Positions 40,064 to 53,593 of a stretch of DNA of 64,000 nucleotides are shown here, piece by piece. Positions within the stretch are counted from its first letter, which is position 1. Every line of letters begins with the position of its first letter. The translations under genes and the position numbers were made by a program. Source of the stretch: Gordius albopunctatus (lineage: Eukaryota); the NCBI GenBank assembly GCA_964276515.1, contig OZ193910.1:2046001-2110000 (forward strand), read 5' to 3'. The notes under the pieces were generated by a model. It was not told where the DNA came from and searched no databases. It was given only the letters and a program-made list of their open reading frames with translations.

Positions 40064-40106
40064 TGTTATTATTTTCGAATCACATGCTAAAAAAAGGGAT
40101 ATATAT

Positions 40107-40776
40107 AACTCGGACCTTTGGCCCTCGTGGGAAGGGGAGGGGGGAAGGGAATGGGGAACGAAACTCATCTATACTCCGTTTAAACGTAGCATATTTGCTA
40201 TCCAATTTATGGGCGAGAAAGGTGGGAAGAGGAGAGAATACCTATAAGGGCGTATTAAATGCTAATGATTAATTAATTATTTATACAAATTTTCCATTTA
40301 ATTAAAAAAAATTGCCCTCGCCGAGGTTCGAACCCACATCAATAGAGCTATAAGCCTTTGTAGAGGCACAGGGACCCATATAAGTAGAGGCATAGGATAA
40401 TTATTGATGTCAACCTATACAAAAACGGGAAAAAAATGTTCGTCTTATAATTTGGTCAATGGTCCTTTTTTCCATTGGTCAGTAGCCATCAGACGGCTAA
40501 AATTGGTCAGTACAAAGAGACGGTCTATTAATACATACGAGTCAAAAAAACGAAAAAATAATTTTAGATTCACACTTTGGCCAATAATCTTTTTTTTTCA
40601 TTGGTCAGCAGCCATCAGACGGCCAATAAATTAGTCAGTACCAACAGATGGTCTATAAATCAATGTTAGTCAAAAAAAAACGAGAAAAAAAATTTCGCTT
40701 CACACTTTGGCCAATGGTCATTTTTTTCCATTGGTCACTTCACTACCAACATATCCTGCATGTACAACAAAAGGAT
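40107..40776 (-). mobile_element. Truncated DINE-1-like Helentron-associated element (3' end plus central repeats)
   Basis: Reverse complement of the 44370-44468 end; carries the same ccattggtcagcagcc repeat unit. Confidence 0.65.
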
Positions 40777-41278
40777 TTAGCTAAAACCATTTTTAAACTT
40801 ATTTTAGGTATTAAGGCAGATGATGAAACATTATTAAGGTATATATAAAATATATAGATATTAGATTTATAAAAATCCTCTGAACATTTTAAGGGTAATA
40901 TATTTATGGAAAAAGTGATTGTTGCATTGTATGTGGACTTATGTTTAATATTTATTTTTATGTATATAAATTAAGGCCTAAATATATGTTGTAAGAAGAA
41001 CTATGAATGTTAATAAAATAGGGATAAATAATATACCAATGTAAATAGATAAGTGATGTGAAATACTGTGAAGGGTTTCTAGGTAAATAAGTAGAGGATT
41101 TCGTTTGTTTTGCATAATTGAGAAGAATTCCATGAGGAGGATAGCTTGATACTTGATAATGATGAGCATATGGATTAGAACAAACAAAAAGAAAATAAGA
41201 ATTATTATAATTTTCATGCAGAATTTCCATAAACAGCAAATTTTTCCAGATCCTTTGAGGGGTATATACTAAATTTGT

Positions 41279-42476
41279 TAGTGATGCGGAAAAACCGAGA
41301 CAAATCTCGGTCTCGTCTCGTCTCGAAAAACCGAGACGAGACGAGATTTTGAAAAATTGAGTCGAGATCGAGAAGAGAATTTTGACCTCGAGACGAGACG
41401 AGATTTTATCGGCGAGATCTCGACTTTAATTTTTATTTTTTACTATTAAGTTAAATTTAACTATTTAAAAAACTTATTTCATGAAATTTAAATTTAGGAT
41501 ATTAAATGAAATTAATATGATTTTGAACTTTTGATTTTAAATTACTTACGCACCTAATTATCCGTTTCGCGCTAATTTCAAATTTATAGTATAATCTTAT
41601 TAAAACATTAACATAGTGTTATTCGAAGAAGTAATTATGTATTTATTTAGCTTATATAATATGAAAATTTTAGACGATGAGTTTTTCCCCAGCATGCAAT
41701 TTAAAAAAGAACAAGCTGCTGAAACATTTCACAATATCCAAAGAGGAATCAAATAAAATGGGGAAATGTAAATTCTGTTCCAAAGAAATAAAAATGACAG
41801 ATAGCAATACTTCAGGTCTTCAACGACATCTAAAACGTTACCATCATAAGGATTATTATACATTAAGTCAATATTTTGTTATATATAATGGGATGCCACA
41901 CCATAATAGAATTGTTTAAATTTTCTAAATAAACGTTACTTAATTATATATGTGCAATTAACCTAAGATATCAAAACTTTTATGTTCTTCCAACAATATG
42001 GCTATTTTATTGTATTTACGATATTCATATAATTACTTGTTATAAATGATAATGTTTTAAAAAGTTACTCTCGCATTTTTTTCATTATTTGTACTCTATT
42101 ATTTAAAATTTCAATAAATTCATTATGTTAAAGTATGATGATATTAAACTTTATTTTATTGAGCCTTACCCAGGACATAAAATTTATTAATTAGCAGCCT
42201 TATACCTTTGAGTCAATTAGTATATAACACCTATATTATATTGCTTCCTACCTTAAGTTACTCAAGCTTCTGTTTTGAGATTCAAGTTAAAAAATACGTC
42301 TATTTTGACAAATTTATACCTTATATAATAATTTATAAGAAAAAAATATATGTTATTATAATTATTTTTAAAAGTCGAGACGAGACGAGAATTCTCGTCG
42401 AGACGAGATCGAGATTTTTCTAGGCCGAGACGAGACGAGATTTTGGTTTCGAGATCGAGACGAGATCGAAACACTA
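41279..42476 (+). mobile_element. Internally deleted hAT element with BED zinc-finger remnant (41677-41919)
   Basis: TAGTG...CACTA ends, exact 8-bp TSD AAATTTGT, GAGACGA subterminal repeats, CKFC...SNTSGLQRHLKRYH. Confidence 0.9.
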
Positions 42477-42542
42477 AAATTTGTATAGATTCCAAGATGA
42501 TTATGTTGTTCTCCTTGTTTTCCGCCATTTTTAACTGCCTAT

Positions 42543-44470
42543 TAATTGCTATGCAATTTATGGGCTCGTTTTTGGTTGTCCGTCCGTCCGTCCACCAAGT
42601 TATTTACACCAGCTTCCCGACCTGGAGGTTGCGGGTTCGAGACCCGGAGAGGACAAAATTTTTTTTTTTTTTTTAATTAAATTAATATTTTTTTCTTGTT
42701 AATACCATTGATAATATGACTTTTTGACCGTCCGCAGGCTACTGACCAATGAAAAAATGACCACTGGCCATATAAATCGAAATTTTTAATTTTTCGTTTT
42801 TGAATAGTTTAACATTGATAATTACCCTATGCCCTCCCCTACAAGGGCCTATGGCTCTATTTATATGGTTCCCTGTTCCCCTCCAAAGGCTTATGCCTCT
42901 ATTTAATGTGGGTTTGAATCCCGGCGAACGTTCTAAATTGATGGTTCGAGACCCGGAGAGGACAAAAATTTTTATTTTTTTTTAAATTAAATTAATATAT
43001 TGTTCTTGTTAATACCATTGATAATATGAATTTTTGACCGTCCGCAGGCTACTGACCAATGAAAAAATGACCACTTGCCAGATAAATCGAAATTTTTAAT
43101 TTTTCGTTTTTGAATAGTTTAACATTGATAATTACCCTATGCCCTCCCCTACAAGGGCCTATGGCTCTATTTATATGGTTCCCTGTTCCCCTCCAAAGGC
43201 TTATGCCTCTATTTAATGTGGATTTGAATCCCGGCGAACGTTCTAAAATGATGGTTCGAGACCCGGAGAGGACAAAAATTTTTCTTTTTTTTTAAATTAA
43301 ATTAATATATTGTTCTTGTTAATACCATTGATAATATGACTTTTTGACCGTCCGCTGGCTACTGACCAATGAAAAAATGAACATTGGCCAAATAAATCCT
43401 AATTTTTCGTTTTTCCTTTTTGAATAAGTTAACATTGATAATTGAAAAAAATTACCATTGGCCAAATAAATCAAAATTTTTTGTTCGTTTTTGAATAGGT
43501 TAACATTGATAATTACCCTATACTTTTTAATAATTGCTATGCAATTTATCTAGTTTTTGGGTTAGAATCCCGGAGTTTTTTTTGACTCTTATGATTGTTC
43601 TTGTTACTATCAATGATAATAAGACTTTTTGGCCGTCCGCTGGCTGCTGACCAATGAAAAAAATGACCATTGGCCAAAATGTGTATCCGAGTTTATTTTT
43701 TCGTTTTTTTTGAATATTATGATTGTTCCTGTTCCTACCATTGCTATTATGACTTTTTGGCCGTCCGCTGGCTGCTGACCAATGGAATAAAATGACCATT
43801 GGCCAAAATGTGATTCGAAAATTTTTTTTTCGTTTTTTTTTGACTGTTATGAATTTATATCCACTTTTACCGTGTCCTGGCTGCTGACCAATGGAAAAAA
43901 ATGACCATTGGCCAAAATGTGAATCGAAATTATTTTTTCCGTTTTTTTTGACTATTATGATTGTTCCTGTTCCTACCATTGCTATTATGACTTTTTGGCC
44001 GTCCGCTGGCTGCTGACCAATGGAATAAAATAACCATTGGCCAAAATTTGATTCGAAAACTTTTTTTTCGTTTTTTTTGACTATTATGAATTTATATCCA
44101 CTTTTACCGTGTCCTGGCTGCTGACCAATGGAAAAAAATGACCTTTGGCCAAAATGTGATTCGAAAATTTTTTTTTCGTTTTTTTGACTATTATGATTGT
44201 TCCTGTTCCTACCATTGCTATTATGACTTTTTGGTAATACAACTCCCGTAGAATTTAACTAACCATAAAGCTTCCCCTTCGCTCCCTCTCTCCCCCTTTA
44301 TGATATTTGGCATATACACTTATTTAGTGCTTCCAACCTTCGTTTTGCAATATTCACGTAAGTATTTCCATAAATTGCATAGCAAATATGATACATTTAT
44401 ACGGAGTGTAGATGAGTTCCCCCTTCCTTCCCCTCCTCCCCTTCCCACGAGGGCCGAAGGCCCGAGTTTT
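42543..44470 (+). mobile_element. DINE-1-like non-autonomous Helentron element with central tandem repeats
   Basis: SubTIR TTGCTATGCAATTTATGG followed by (GTCC)n, 310-bp and ~120/240-bp tandem units, inverted subTIR near 44368, terminal hairpin GGGCC-GAA-GGCCC then a T-run. Confidence 0.75.
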
Positions 44471-44766
44471 ATTTTATAATGAACAAAATTTAGTTAAAAT
44501 TAGGAGTTTAGCCAGTTGATCTCGACCAAAATCGATCATATATTATTAATCGAAGATATAACGAATCTTTCCTTAGGCGACACAATTGGTAACAAGTTTG
44601 CTTCCCAAGGGGGGGGGGCGTAGCATTAACTTTATCTTTTGCAACTTTATCTTATGTACCTAAGATAAAGTTGCAAATGACATTAAAAAAAACATGTGAT
44701 TCTTACTACAATAATACTAAATTTAAATATATTAAAATGTTTGTATTTATTTAGATTACATTGCTA

Positions 44767-45072
44767 TAAGTAAATAATACCTAAAATGTGTTATGAAATA
44801 TTACTTTAAAAGAAAATACAGTATGTATTATATAATAGGACTAAGTACAAATATAAACATATTTATAAGCAATAAATATGCATAACGTTAGATCATGTCA
44901 ACATTACAGTATTAGTCATGCTATATTAAGTAAATAATATCTAAAATTTGTTATGCTATATTATTTTAAGAGAAAATACGTTATGTATTATATGATAGGA
45001 CTAAGTACAAATATCTTTATAAGCCATAAATATGTATAATGTTAGATCATGTCAACATTAAAGTATTAGTCA
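44767..45072 (+). repeat. Two diverged tandem copies of a ~160-bp AT-rich unit
   Basis: taagtaaataat...gttagatcatgtcaacatta.agtattagtca occurs twice. Confidence 0.8.
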
Positions 45073-45937
45073 ATACTGTAATGTATTAGGTGGTGCAACA
45101 ACTATGTGTAACGTAGAATGAGTTATTTATTAACAGAATGTAGTTGCAAATTATATATGATTGGCATAAATTTTAATCATAAGCATAATTTTATTCATAT
45201 ATTATTTATTAAGATTAGTATTATATAATCATAAAATGATAATACCTAGTGTAACTTAAATATTTATGTGTTATAAACAAAGGAATTTTATTAAGAAATT
45301 TTAAATGAGTAATCTTGTATAAGAAATTATTTCCTAATGTAAACCTTGTAAAGTAATTAGTACATAAACCTAATATAATTCTTGGTAAAAGTACACTTTT
45401 TTCTTTTTGAGCAAAGGTTTCTAAAGTTTTAAGAGTTTTATCCCTAATTGTAATTAGATTTCTTCATTATGAAAAATCTTTTAAATCCATTTGCTAAATC
45501 TATAATGAATTAAGTAGTTGATACAAAATAGAAATATGTTATAAGGAGAAAAAAAAACAGACATTTTTAATGATTAATTGTAGATATATACTTGTCTGTG
45601 CTGATTGCAGATTTAAATTGACAAATTTGAAATGGTGAAGGTTTGGTGGCAATTGGTGAAGTTATTATTTTGAAACTTTACCTTTTGAATTGAAACGTTT
45701 CAGCGATGTCGTCTTCCAACGATAAAATGTAACGGGGTTTACACTCATTTCACCCAAATAAGCACTCCTCCAAAGTTTAGGAGAAGTAACCATTAGCTTT
45801 CAACAGTCTTGTTTCGCTTTAAAGGACTAGCCTAGCTGCAAGTTTTAATTCTATCTCATATCAAATTTGGTATTTTGCAAACCTTAGATTAGGGTGCGAT
45901 TTAGTTACTACCAGCAGCCCAAATATTTGTTTAATAA

Positions 45938-48900
45938 ATGGAATTTACTACGCTTAATAGCCTAATATTAACTTTAAATGATATTAGAAATGAGGACCAC
46001 TATCAAATTCTTTATAATAAGACAAAAGATTTAGCTAGAGTTTTTGATTTATTACCTTCTAAACCTATTAAAAAACCAAAAAAGTATGACACATTTTACT
46101 CTTTTGAATCTACTAATTCATTAACTGATTTCAAAATTGATTTATATTTTCCTATCATCGATAGAATAATAGCAGAATTAAACATAAGATATATACGCCA
46201 GGACACTGATTTTGTCGTCGTGTTTTTGTATCACACTCCTAATAGTTTACGTGAATAAATACCTGCCCTTAACAGTGGCGACGTGGAGAAACCTACGCGG
46301 AGATGCAGAAATATAAAACAACGGCTAACATCGACGCTTTCTTAACCCAATTTGAGTTATTCCTTAGGAACAATAAGACGGAGACAGATGAACAAAAAGC
46401 CGCGCTATTATTAACCAGCCTCGAGGGGGATGCATTCCAATTAATACTAGAGGATTATAGACCGCAAGAGTTGACAGGAATTACATACGAAGAAGCGAAA
46501 AATCGATTAAGGAAATTATTCCAGAGAAATTCATGTACGAGGGCAAAGAGGTACGAATTCTCAAAGCTCCGACAAGGCCAGGGAGAGACGATAGACTCGT
46601 AAGCTAATAGACTCAAGGCCGGGGCTAATAGCTGCAACTTCGGAAATGAAGAAGTGCAGAGCAGAATCGTCGACCAATTCATTATAGGATTGCGCGATAG
46701 AAGCTTACAAGCGAGACTGTGGGCGGAAAATGACATCAAATGGGACCGCCTACGGGAGCTGGCAGTAACGGCCGAGACGATAAATGGCGGGCTAAGCACC
46801 TTGCAGGACGGGGGCGAAGAGGCGTGGAGCGTAGTGGCGAGACGAGAAGCGTGGCCTGGGCCGGTCCGGATTCCCAGGTTAAACCATGCTTTAGATGTGT
46901 TAACAGTTGATATATATATTAATAACCATTTGTTCCAATTTATCGTCGATACCGGCGCTACGGTTTCGATATTACCGGCGCGAAGATGGACGAAGGAGAT
47001 CCCACGCAACAAAGAGGCCGTCCCGACGGTGTACGCCTACGGCCACGGGGAAATAAAGATCGTAGCCAAGGTACAAGCCGATGTCCGATTGGGTAACACG
47101 AGGAAACAGCTGTCGTTATTGCTAGCAGACGTAGCGGGGCCGCCGCTATGCGGGATCGACTGGATACAAGAATTCGAACCCGAAGTATGGCGTCAAATGC
47201 GTTGGAACTCGAGAACAGCGGTGGAACGGTTCGCGGTCAATTACGTGGAAAGACCGAAGGATACCAAGTTAGCGATACAGCACGTGATGAAGCGATGGGA
47301 GGGCCAGCGAAACGAATTCCCGCAAGCAGTCAAGGGAATAACGGTGGAAGTACCGGTAAAATAGGGCATAGATCCCGTATTTATCCCCGCGCGAAGAGTG
47401 CCGATGGCGTGGAAGAAAGAAATAGAAGAAGAACTGGATAAATGGGTCAGAGACGGGGTGATAGAACCAATCGATTTCTCAAGATGGGCCAGCCCAGTGG
47501 TACCCGTGAAAAAAAGCGATGGGACTCTGCGATTATGTATAGACTACCGATTTACGATAAACAAATACGCACAAGGGTTGCTGTACCCCTTACCCAAAAT
47601 CGACGATTTGTTAAATAAGCTCGATAACGCGTGTTATTTTACGAAGCTAGACCTCACGAAAGCGTACTTACAGCTTGAATTAGGACCAGAGACGAGCAAA
47701 CGGTTGACGATCGCGACTCACAAGGGCTTATTCAAAGTTAACCGGATGCCGTTTGGTTTAAATTGTGCCGCGGCTATTTTCCAAAAAACAATGGACCAAA
47801 TATTAGGAGGCATGGAGGGGGTAGCGGTATACATCGACGACATACTAATTGCAGGGGAAACGGAAGAAATCCACAACGAGTGGTTACATAAAGTACTAGT
47901 AACGTTACAAAAGTGGGGGTTCGTGCCAAACATTACCAAGAGCAACTTGTGGGCGAAGGAAGTAACCTTTTTGGGATACGTAATAAGTAACAAGGGGATC
48001 CAAATCAACGACAATAAAGCCGAGATAGTCAAGCAGTGGAAAAGTTTAACAAACAAAAAAGAAATAAAATCCTTCCTTGGGTTAACAGCATACTTTGCAA
48101 AGTTCATTAAGGACTACGCCAAAATCATACACCCGATTCAGAAACTAATGAAAAAAAATGTGGTGTACCACTGGGGTGGAGAACAACAAGGCGCGTTTGA
48201 AGCTATCAAATCCGCCCTTACGAAAGCCCCCGTACTGGCGTACTTTAATGGAGATTGGGAGACGGGGCTGGTAGTAGACGCCTCTAGTACAGGGTTAGGG
48301 GCCATCTTACAGCAACGAGCACCAGGAGAGAATTGGAGGGTAGTGGCCTATGCGTCAAGAGCGTTAAACGATAGCGAAAGCCGGTATGCGACGATCGAGC
48401 GAGAGGCTCTGGCGGTGGTGTATGGACTAAAAAAGTTCAATGAATTTATACAGGGACGAAGCGTAACTATTATGACGGATCATAGACCGCTAGTATATAT
48501 ATTCGACCAGAGCAAAAAGGGCAAGGAACAATGGTCACCTCGGCTAACTAGGTGGGCGCTCATGGTATCAGGCTACACGACCAAGTTCGAGTACAACAAG
48601 GGAGCCGAAAACGCGGCAGATTTCTTGTCCAGGAAACCGAACGAACACGCGTATCAGGTTACCGAGGAAATTCCAGAAGACTCGACGAATCCGTTTATTT
48701 CATTGGACGTAGTAAGACAACGCACCTTGGAGGATCCGGGGCTACGTCAAGTAAAAGAGTGGATGAAAGGTAAACAAAACACAATGGTCACGGGTGGGCT
48801 AAAACGCACCTACGAAAAACACCTGCCAAAGTTGCATGAGGCCAAGAGCATAATATATTACAAAGGGCGACGAATATTAATTCCGGCTAAGTTACGAGGA

Positions 48901-50513
48901 GCGGTACTACAAAGACTACATAGGGGCCACGTGGGTATCAAGCGAATGCAAGAAGTGGCGCGGCAGTATATATGGTGGCCTACTCTCGACGAGGACTTAT
49001 TGAGCGTAGCGAAAGGATGCCGGTATTGCAATTACACGGCCACGGCGGCGAAGAAGGCACCGTTGATAGAGTGTTAACCTAGCCAAAAACCATGGGTCCA
49101 AGTACATATCGATATCATGGGGCCTCTCAAGGGTAAGTCATACCTCGTGATGGTGGACAATAGTTCGAAATGGGTAGAGGTGTTTAAGTTAGAAGACACC
49201 ACGTCGACAACCATTATAAAAAACTTGCCGAGACGTTTGCGAGATTTGGAAATCCACCATGGCTAATATCGGATAATGGCCCACAATTCAAAGGACAGGA
49301 TTTACAAAACTTTTGCAAGATGAGAGGGATTAATCAGCGATAGACAGCTCCGTACCATCCGGCGTCGAACGGTTTGGCAGAAAGATACGTACGATTAATG
49401 AAAGAAGCCATCATGAGGAACGAGTCGGAAGTAGGGATAAATAGATTTCTGGAAAACTATAGATCGACAAAACACCCCACAACCAATAAAAGCCCGGCAG
49501 AGATGATGTTAAAAAGCCGTATACGAGCCGAATAGGAGGTATTAAGGGAAACCGTACCGCAACAATGGGTAGAGACCGGGAAACCACGAATGTTCAACGT
49601 AGGAGACTTGGTGTGGGTACGCATGTTCCTAGGTCCAAGCAAATGGGTGGAAGGCACGATAAAGGCCAAACACGGGAGTCGTTCCTACGATGTATGGACA
49701 CAGGGAAGAAAGCACCACCGACACCTGGATCAAATAAGGAAACGGAAAATCCTGGATTGGACCACGCTGGGGCAAGAGAACGGGTGGCCACAAAGAATAT
49801 CCCCAGAAAGGGAAGAGGGAACAAATGCGCCAATGGAACAAATGCAAAACAGGGTAACAAGTGCGACAAGGGAACAAAGCCAAAACCAGACAGGAACGCC
49901 TAGGGAAGAACCGAGATACCCACAACGTAGCCGGAAACCGCCAGCATTCCTTAAGGATTTTGTCTGTGAAAAGGGGGGAACTGTAGAGAGGTAAAGTGCC
50001 TCCAGGGATACGATAGTTACTTGCGTGTTGAGGTTATTTACACGCGCGTTGGCGATCAAATTTGATGTTATTTACACGCGCGTTGGCGATCAAATTATCG
50101 TTAATTGGTAGTAACATATAAAGGCGTTGGATATATACGCCAGGACACTGATTTTGTCGTCGTGTTTTTGTATCACACTCCTAATAGTTTACGTGAATAA
50201 ATACCTGCCCTTAACAAAAATAAAATGCAATGATATTTTTTCACTTATTAAAATTTTGCCCTCAGTAGTGTTTCCAAATTTTATTATTTTAATTAAAATA
50301 ATTTTAACTATCCCAATAACTTCATGTTCACGCGAAAGATCGTTCTCATTGATAAAACGGATTAAAACTTATCTTCGTTCCACAATTGGACAAGATAGGT
50401 TATCTTCCCTAGCTTTATTGAGCTTAGAACATGACTTTATAAATGTTATTCCACCGGATGATATTATAAATTCGTTTGCAACATCGTGTAAAAGCGTGAT
50501 GAACTACTATTAA
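45938..50513 (+). pseudogene. hAT transposase C-terminal remnant split by gypsy element 2 (45938-46187 and 50217-50513)
   Basis: YFPIIDRIIAELNIR upstream; dimerisation motif FPN...LTIPITSCSRERSFSLIKRIKTYLRSTIGQDRLSSLALL downstream. Confidence 0.85.
46188..50216 (+). mobile_element. Ty3/gypsy (Mag-like) LTR retrotransposon 2, 5' LTR truncated, gag-pol with stops
   Basis: 3' LTR 49982-50216 (TGT...ACA) after PPT AAAAGGGGGGAAC; 5' LTR remnant 46188-46274 then PBS TGGCGACG. Protease VDTGA, RT YIDD, RNase H, integrase. Stops at 46600, 47362, 49075. Confidence 0.95.
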
Positions 50514-50528
50514 AAGACTAATTTTAAT

Positions 50529-53500
50529 CTTCTTCTTTATCGTGTTGAAAATTCCACAGACGTGGGGTACGTTTTCAGCAGCCTCTTCCATCTGAGTCGC
50601 TTAAATGGCATGCCAATTTCTATCTGTTTGACGTCCATATCCTTTTCAACCAGTCGTTTCCAGGTGGCACGTGGTCTGCCCCTTCCTCTTCTTCCAGGCA
50701 CTTCCATCTCCAGCGTTCGCCGTGTGACATCGTCTTCGTCTCTTTGTAATACATGGCCGTACCACCGCAGTCGATTTTCTCTTAAGAAGTCCTTCGTCGC
50801 TTGTAAACCCATCTTTGTCATCAAGATTCGCTCGTCATGCGATCCAGCTTGGTGTAGCCTAAGCTCCATCGCACCATTCTCATTTCCGTGGCTTGCAAGA
50901 GTTTCTCCTCCGTGGTGGTTACAGCCCATGTTTCGCTCCCGTAAAGCAAAACCGGTCGCACGATGGTTTTGTACGCCTTGCTTTTCAACCAAATTGGTTT
51001 TTTTTGTCACACATGACCCAGGAGATGCTGCGCCACTTGAGCCACGCTTTCTTGATCCGAGAATGGACTTGGGCGGTACATCCTCCCTCTTGATGTAATA
51101 GCGAGCCAAGATATGTGAACTTATCAACCTCCGTGTATATTGAACCGTCATTTTTGTGCATTTGCGGACTACCGCCCATCGTTTGCATGTAAACCGTTTT
51201 CTTCTCGCTGACCTTTAACCCGAATTCCGAAAAACGTTCTGACCATTTTTTCCCCTGATGAAAAACCCCTTCTCTTGTTTCATCGCATAGGACAATATCA
51301 TCGGCATATAGCATAGTCCAAGGGGCTGGCTTGAACAAGTCCTTTGTTATTTTATCCATAATTAGATTAAACAAGAATGGGCTTAACGCTGACCATTGAT
51401 GTAGTTTAATCATTACTCGGAAGGGTTTCGTTTCTCCTACGGTAGTCCTAACAGATGCAACCACGCCATTATACATTTCCTTGATAAGTCGAACATATCC
51501 TTCGGGTATATTTCTGGCTCTAAGAGACCACCATATTAAGTCTCTCGGAACCGTATCGTAGGCCTTTTCTAAATCGATGAAGACCATGTGTAAGTTCTTT
51601 CTTATGTCGCCATATTTTTCCATCGTCTGCTTCAACGCAAAGATTGGATCCATCGTTGATTTACCAGCCACGAATCCAAACTGATTGGTCGAGAGACAAA
51701 CTTCGTCATTGAGCCTTTTCACTAGCACCCTTTCTAGTAGTTTTAGTGAGTGGCAGGTCAACTTGATACCTCTAAAGTTGCCACATACCTGCGCGTCTCC
51801 TTTGCCTTTGTATATGGGTATGATCGTACTTTCCCTCCATTGGTCAGGGATACGACTCTCATACAGCATAGCGTTAAATAGGCCTGTCATTATGTCGATT
51901 CCTTCTCCTTTGCACCCAAGCCAAGCTTCGATCGGTAAATCATCGGGATCTAGCGCTTTCCCTTTCCGCATCTTCGTTAGTTGCGCTCCTACTTCATAAG
52001 CCTGCAATGGTAAAACCAAGTTAGAGTTCGGTTCCACCCTCTCTAACGGTCTTCTATCATTCGTTTTGTTCATCATATTTTGGAAATAATCTTTCCATCT
52101 TTTGATGACTTCCTTCGGTTTGCACAACGTTCGTCCCTCTTCGCTTTTAATGACTTTCAGTGTCCCGACATCTCGACTTTTTTCTCCCTAATCTTTGCGA
52201 GTTTATACATGACTATGTCGCCGCCCTTGGTATTGAGCTTGTTTGCCATCTTGGTGTAAGCCTCGTTCTTCGCTATCGCAACCGCTATTTTAGCTTTGCG
52301 TTTCGCTTCACGATATGCCACGTAGTTTTCTCCTTTCTTCGTTTTGTACCATCGTAGGTACAGCGCCTTCTTTTCTTCTATAGCCTCTTTGACCGAGTCA
52401 TTCCACCACCATAGTTCACGCTTGTGCGCTCTGCCGCCCTTAGTTCGTCCCAAGATTTGAAAGGCCGTTTCCTTTAGGACATTTGCAACTGTTTCCCACC
52501 TTTTGTTAATGTCGCCCCCCAAGTCTGCAACCTTCAAGAGCGGAGTTGCTCGAGCGTGAAACATTTCATTTGCACGATCATCCTTAAGCTTTTCGTACTT
52601 TGTCCTTGGTGTGTAGACTTTTCTCCTTACGGGAAAAATCTTTCTTGCTATGTCGAGGACAACTGGCCGATGTTGTTTGGCGATTTCTTCCCCCGGTATA
52701 ACCTTGCAATCTTTAACTTGCCACAAATTTTTGCGCTTCATTAAGATGTAGTCGACCTGTGTAAGGTGATCCCCACTACTGTACGTCGCTAAATGTTCGG
52801 TACGCTTCTGAAAGAAGGTATTCACAATGGCCATATCGTAAGCTTGCGCCATCTGTAGTAACTTCTCTCCCTCTTTATTTTTCACCCCATAGCCATGTCC
52901 GCCGTGATTTCGTTCGTACAGGCCTCTTTCTTTCCCAACGTGCCCATTAAAGTCTGCTCCGATGATGAGATTCTCGTCAGGCTTCACGTAGCATATTTCT
53001 CTTTCGAGCTTCTCATAGAATTCGTCCTTCTCATTTTCGGAACATCCAACCTGGGGCGAATACGCGCAAATAACATTGACAAGGCCGCCTTGATCCGCCA
53101 ACTTTATGCACATCAATCTATCCGAGCATCGTTTGACTTCGACTACCTTGTCCTTAAAGGAATCGCTAAGCACTATACCGACCCCGTTCTTCCGTGATGG
53201 GGAACCCGAGTAGTATAGCTTGTAACCATCTCCTAGCTCCCTGGCTTTTGTTCCATGCCACCGCGTTTCTTGTAGACACGCTATGTTTATCCTTCGCCTT
53301 TTTAGCATCTGCGCAACCTCGATGCTCCTCCCCGTCAGCGTGCCCACATTCCAGCTGGCCACTCTTGTCCGTTCGACAACTAGGTGAGGCGGTGACCCTT
53401 GTATACTTTTCACATTGCACAGGCGGAGGATGCAATGCGCGTCGTTTGGGGAGGACGCCCTAGCATTCTGATATAAGTTCGTATTTGTAGCTGCCATAGT

Positions 53501-53593
53501 ATTTGGAGTTGCTTTTTTTTTATAGCCGGCTTCCGACCTGACTCCAACCCTCCACTTTTTTTCACACGGACTTGGGACCGTCGTTGGTAGTGT
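50529..53593 (-). mobile_element. Near full-length RTE-clade LINE (APE-RT), frameshifted
   Basis: Endonuclease SWNVGTL, LQETR, GADFNGH, QVDYIL; RT YADD; (GAA)n tail; 19-bp TSD TTAAAAGACTAATTTTAAT at 50510-50528 and 53594-53612. Confidence 0.95.

Noticed and set aside
40318..40340. tRNA B-box-like GGTTCGAACCC motifs (also near 42633 and 60136)
   Set aside because: No cloverleaf could be folded; they are part of the Helentron central repeat.
42620..44235. CRISPR-like periodic repeats
   Set aside because: Units are long tandem copies without unique spacers, in a eukaryotic context with no cas genes.
40107..44470. One large TIR element bounded by the inverted ends at 40107 and 44470
   Set aside because: Better explained as two oppositely oriented Helentron-type copies; the 59276 copy shows the unit structure, and no TSD was found.
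46455..53463. Antisense and overlapping ORFs within the gypsy and RTE elements
   Set aside because: Shadow frames of GC-richer retroelement coding sequence.
53498..53593. HDV-like ribozyme at the RTE 5' end
   Set aside because: Known in some RTEs, but I could not fold a nested double pseudoknot here; the UTR may be truncated.
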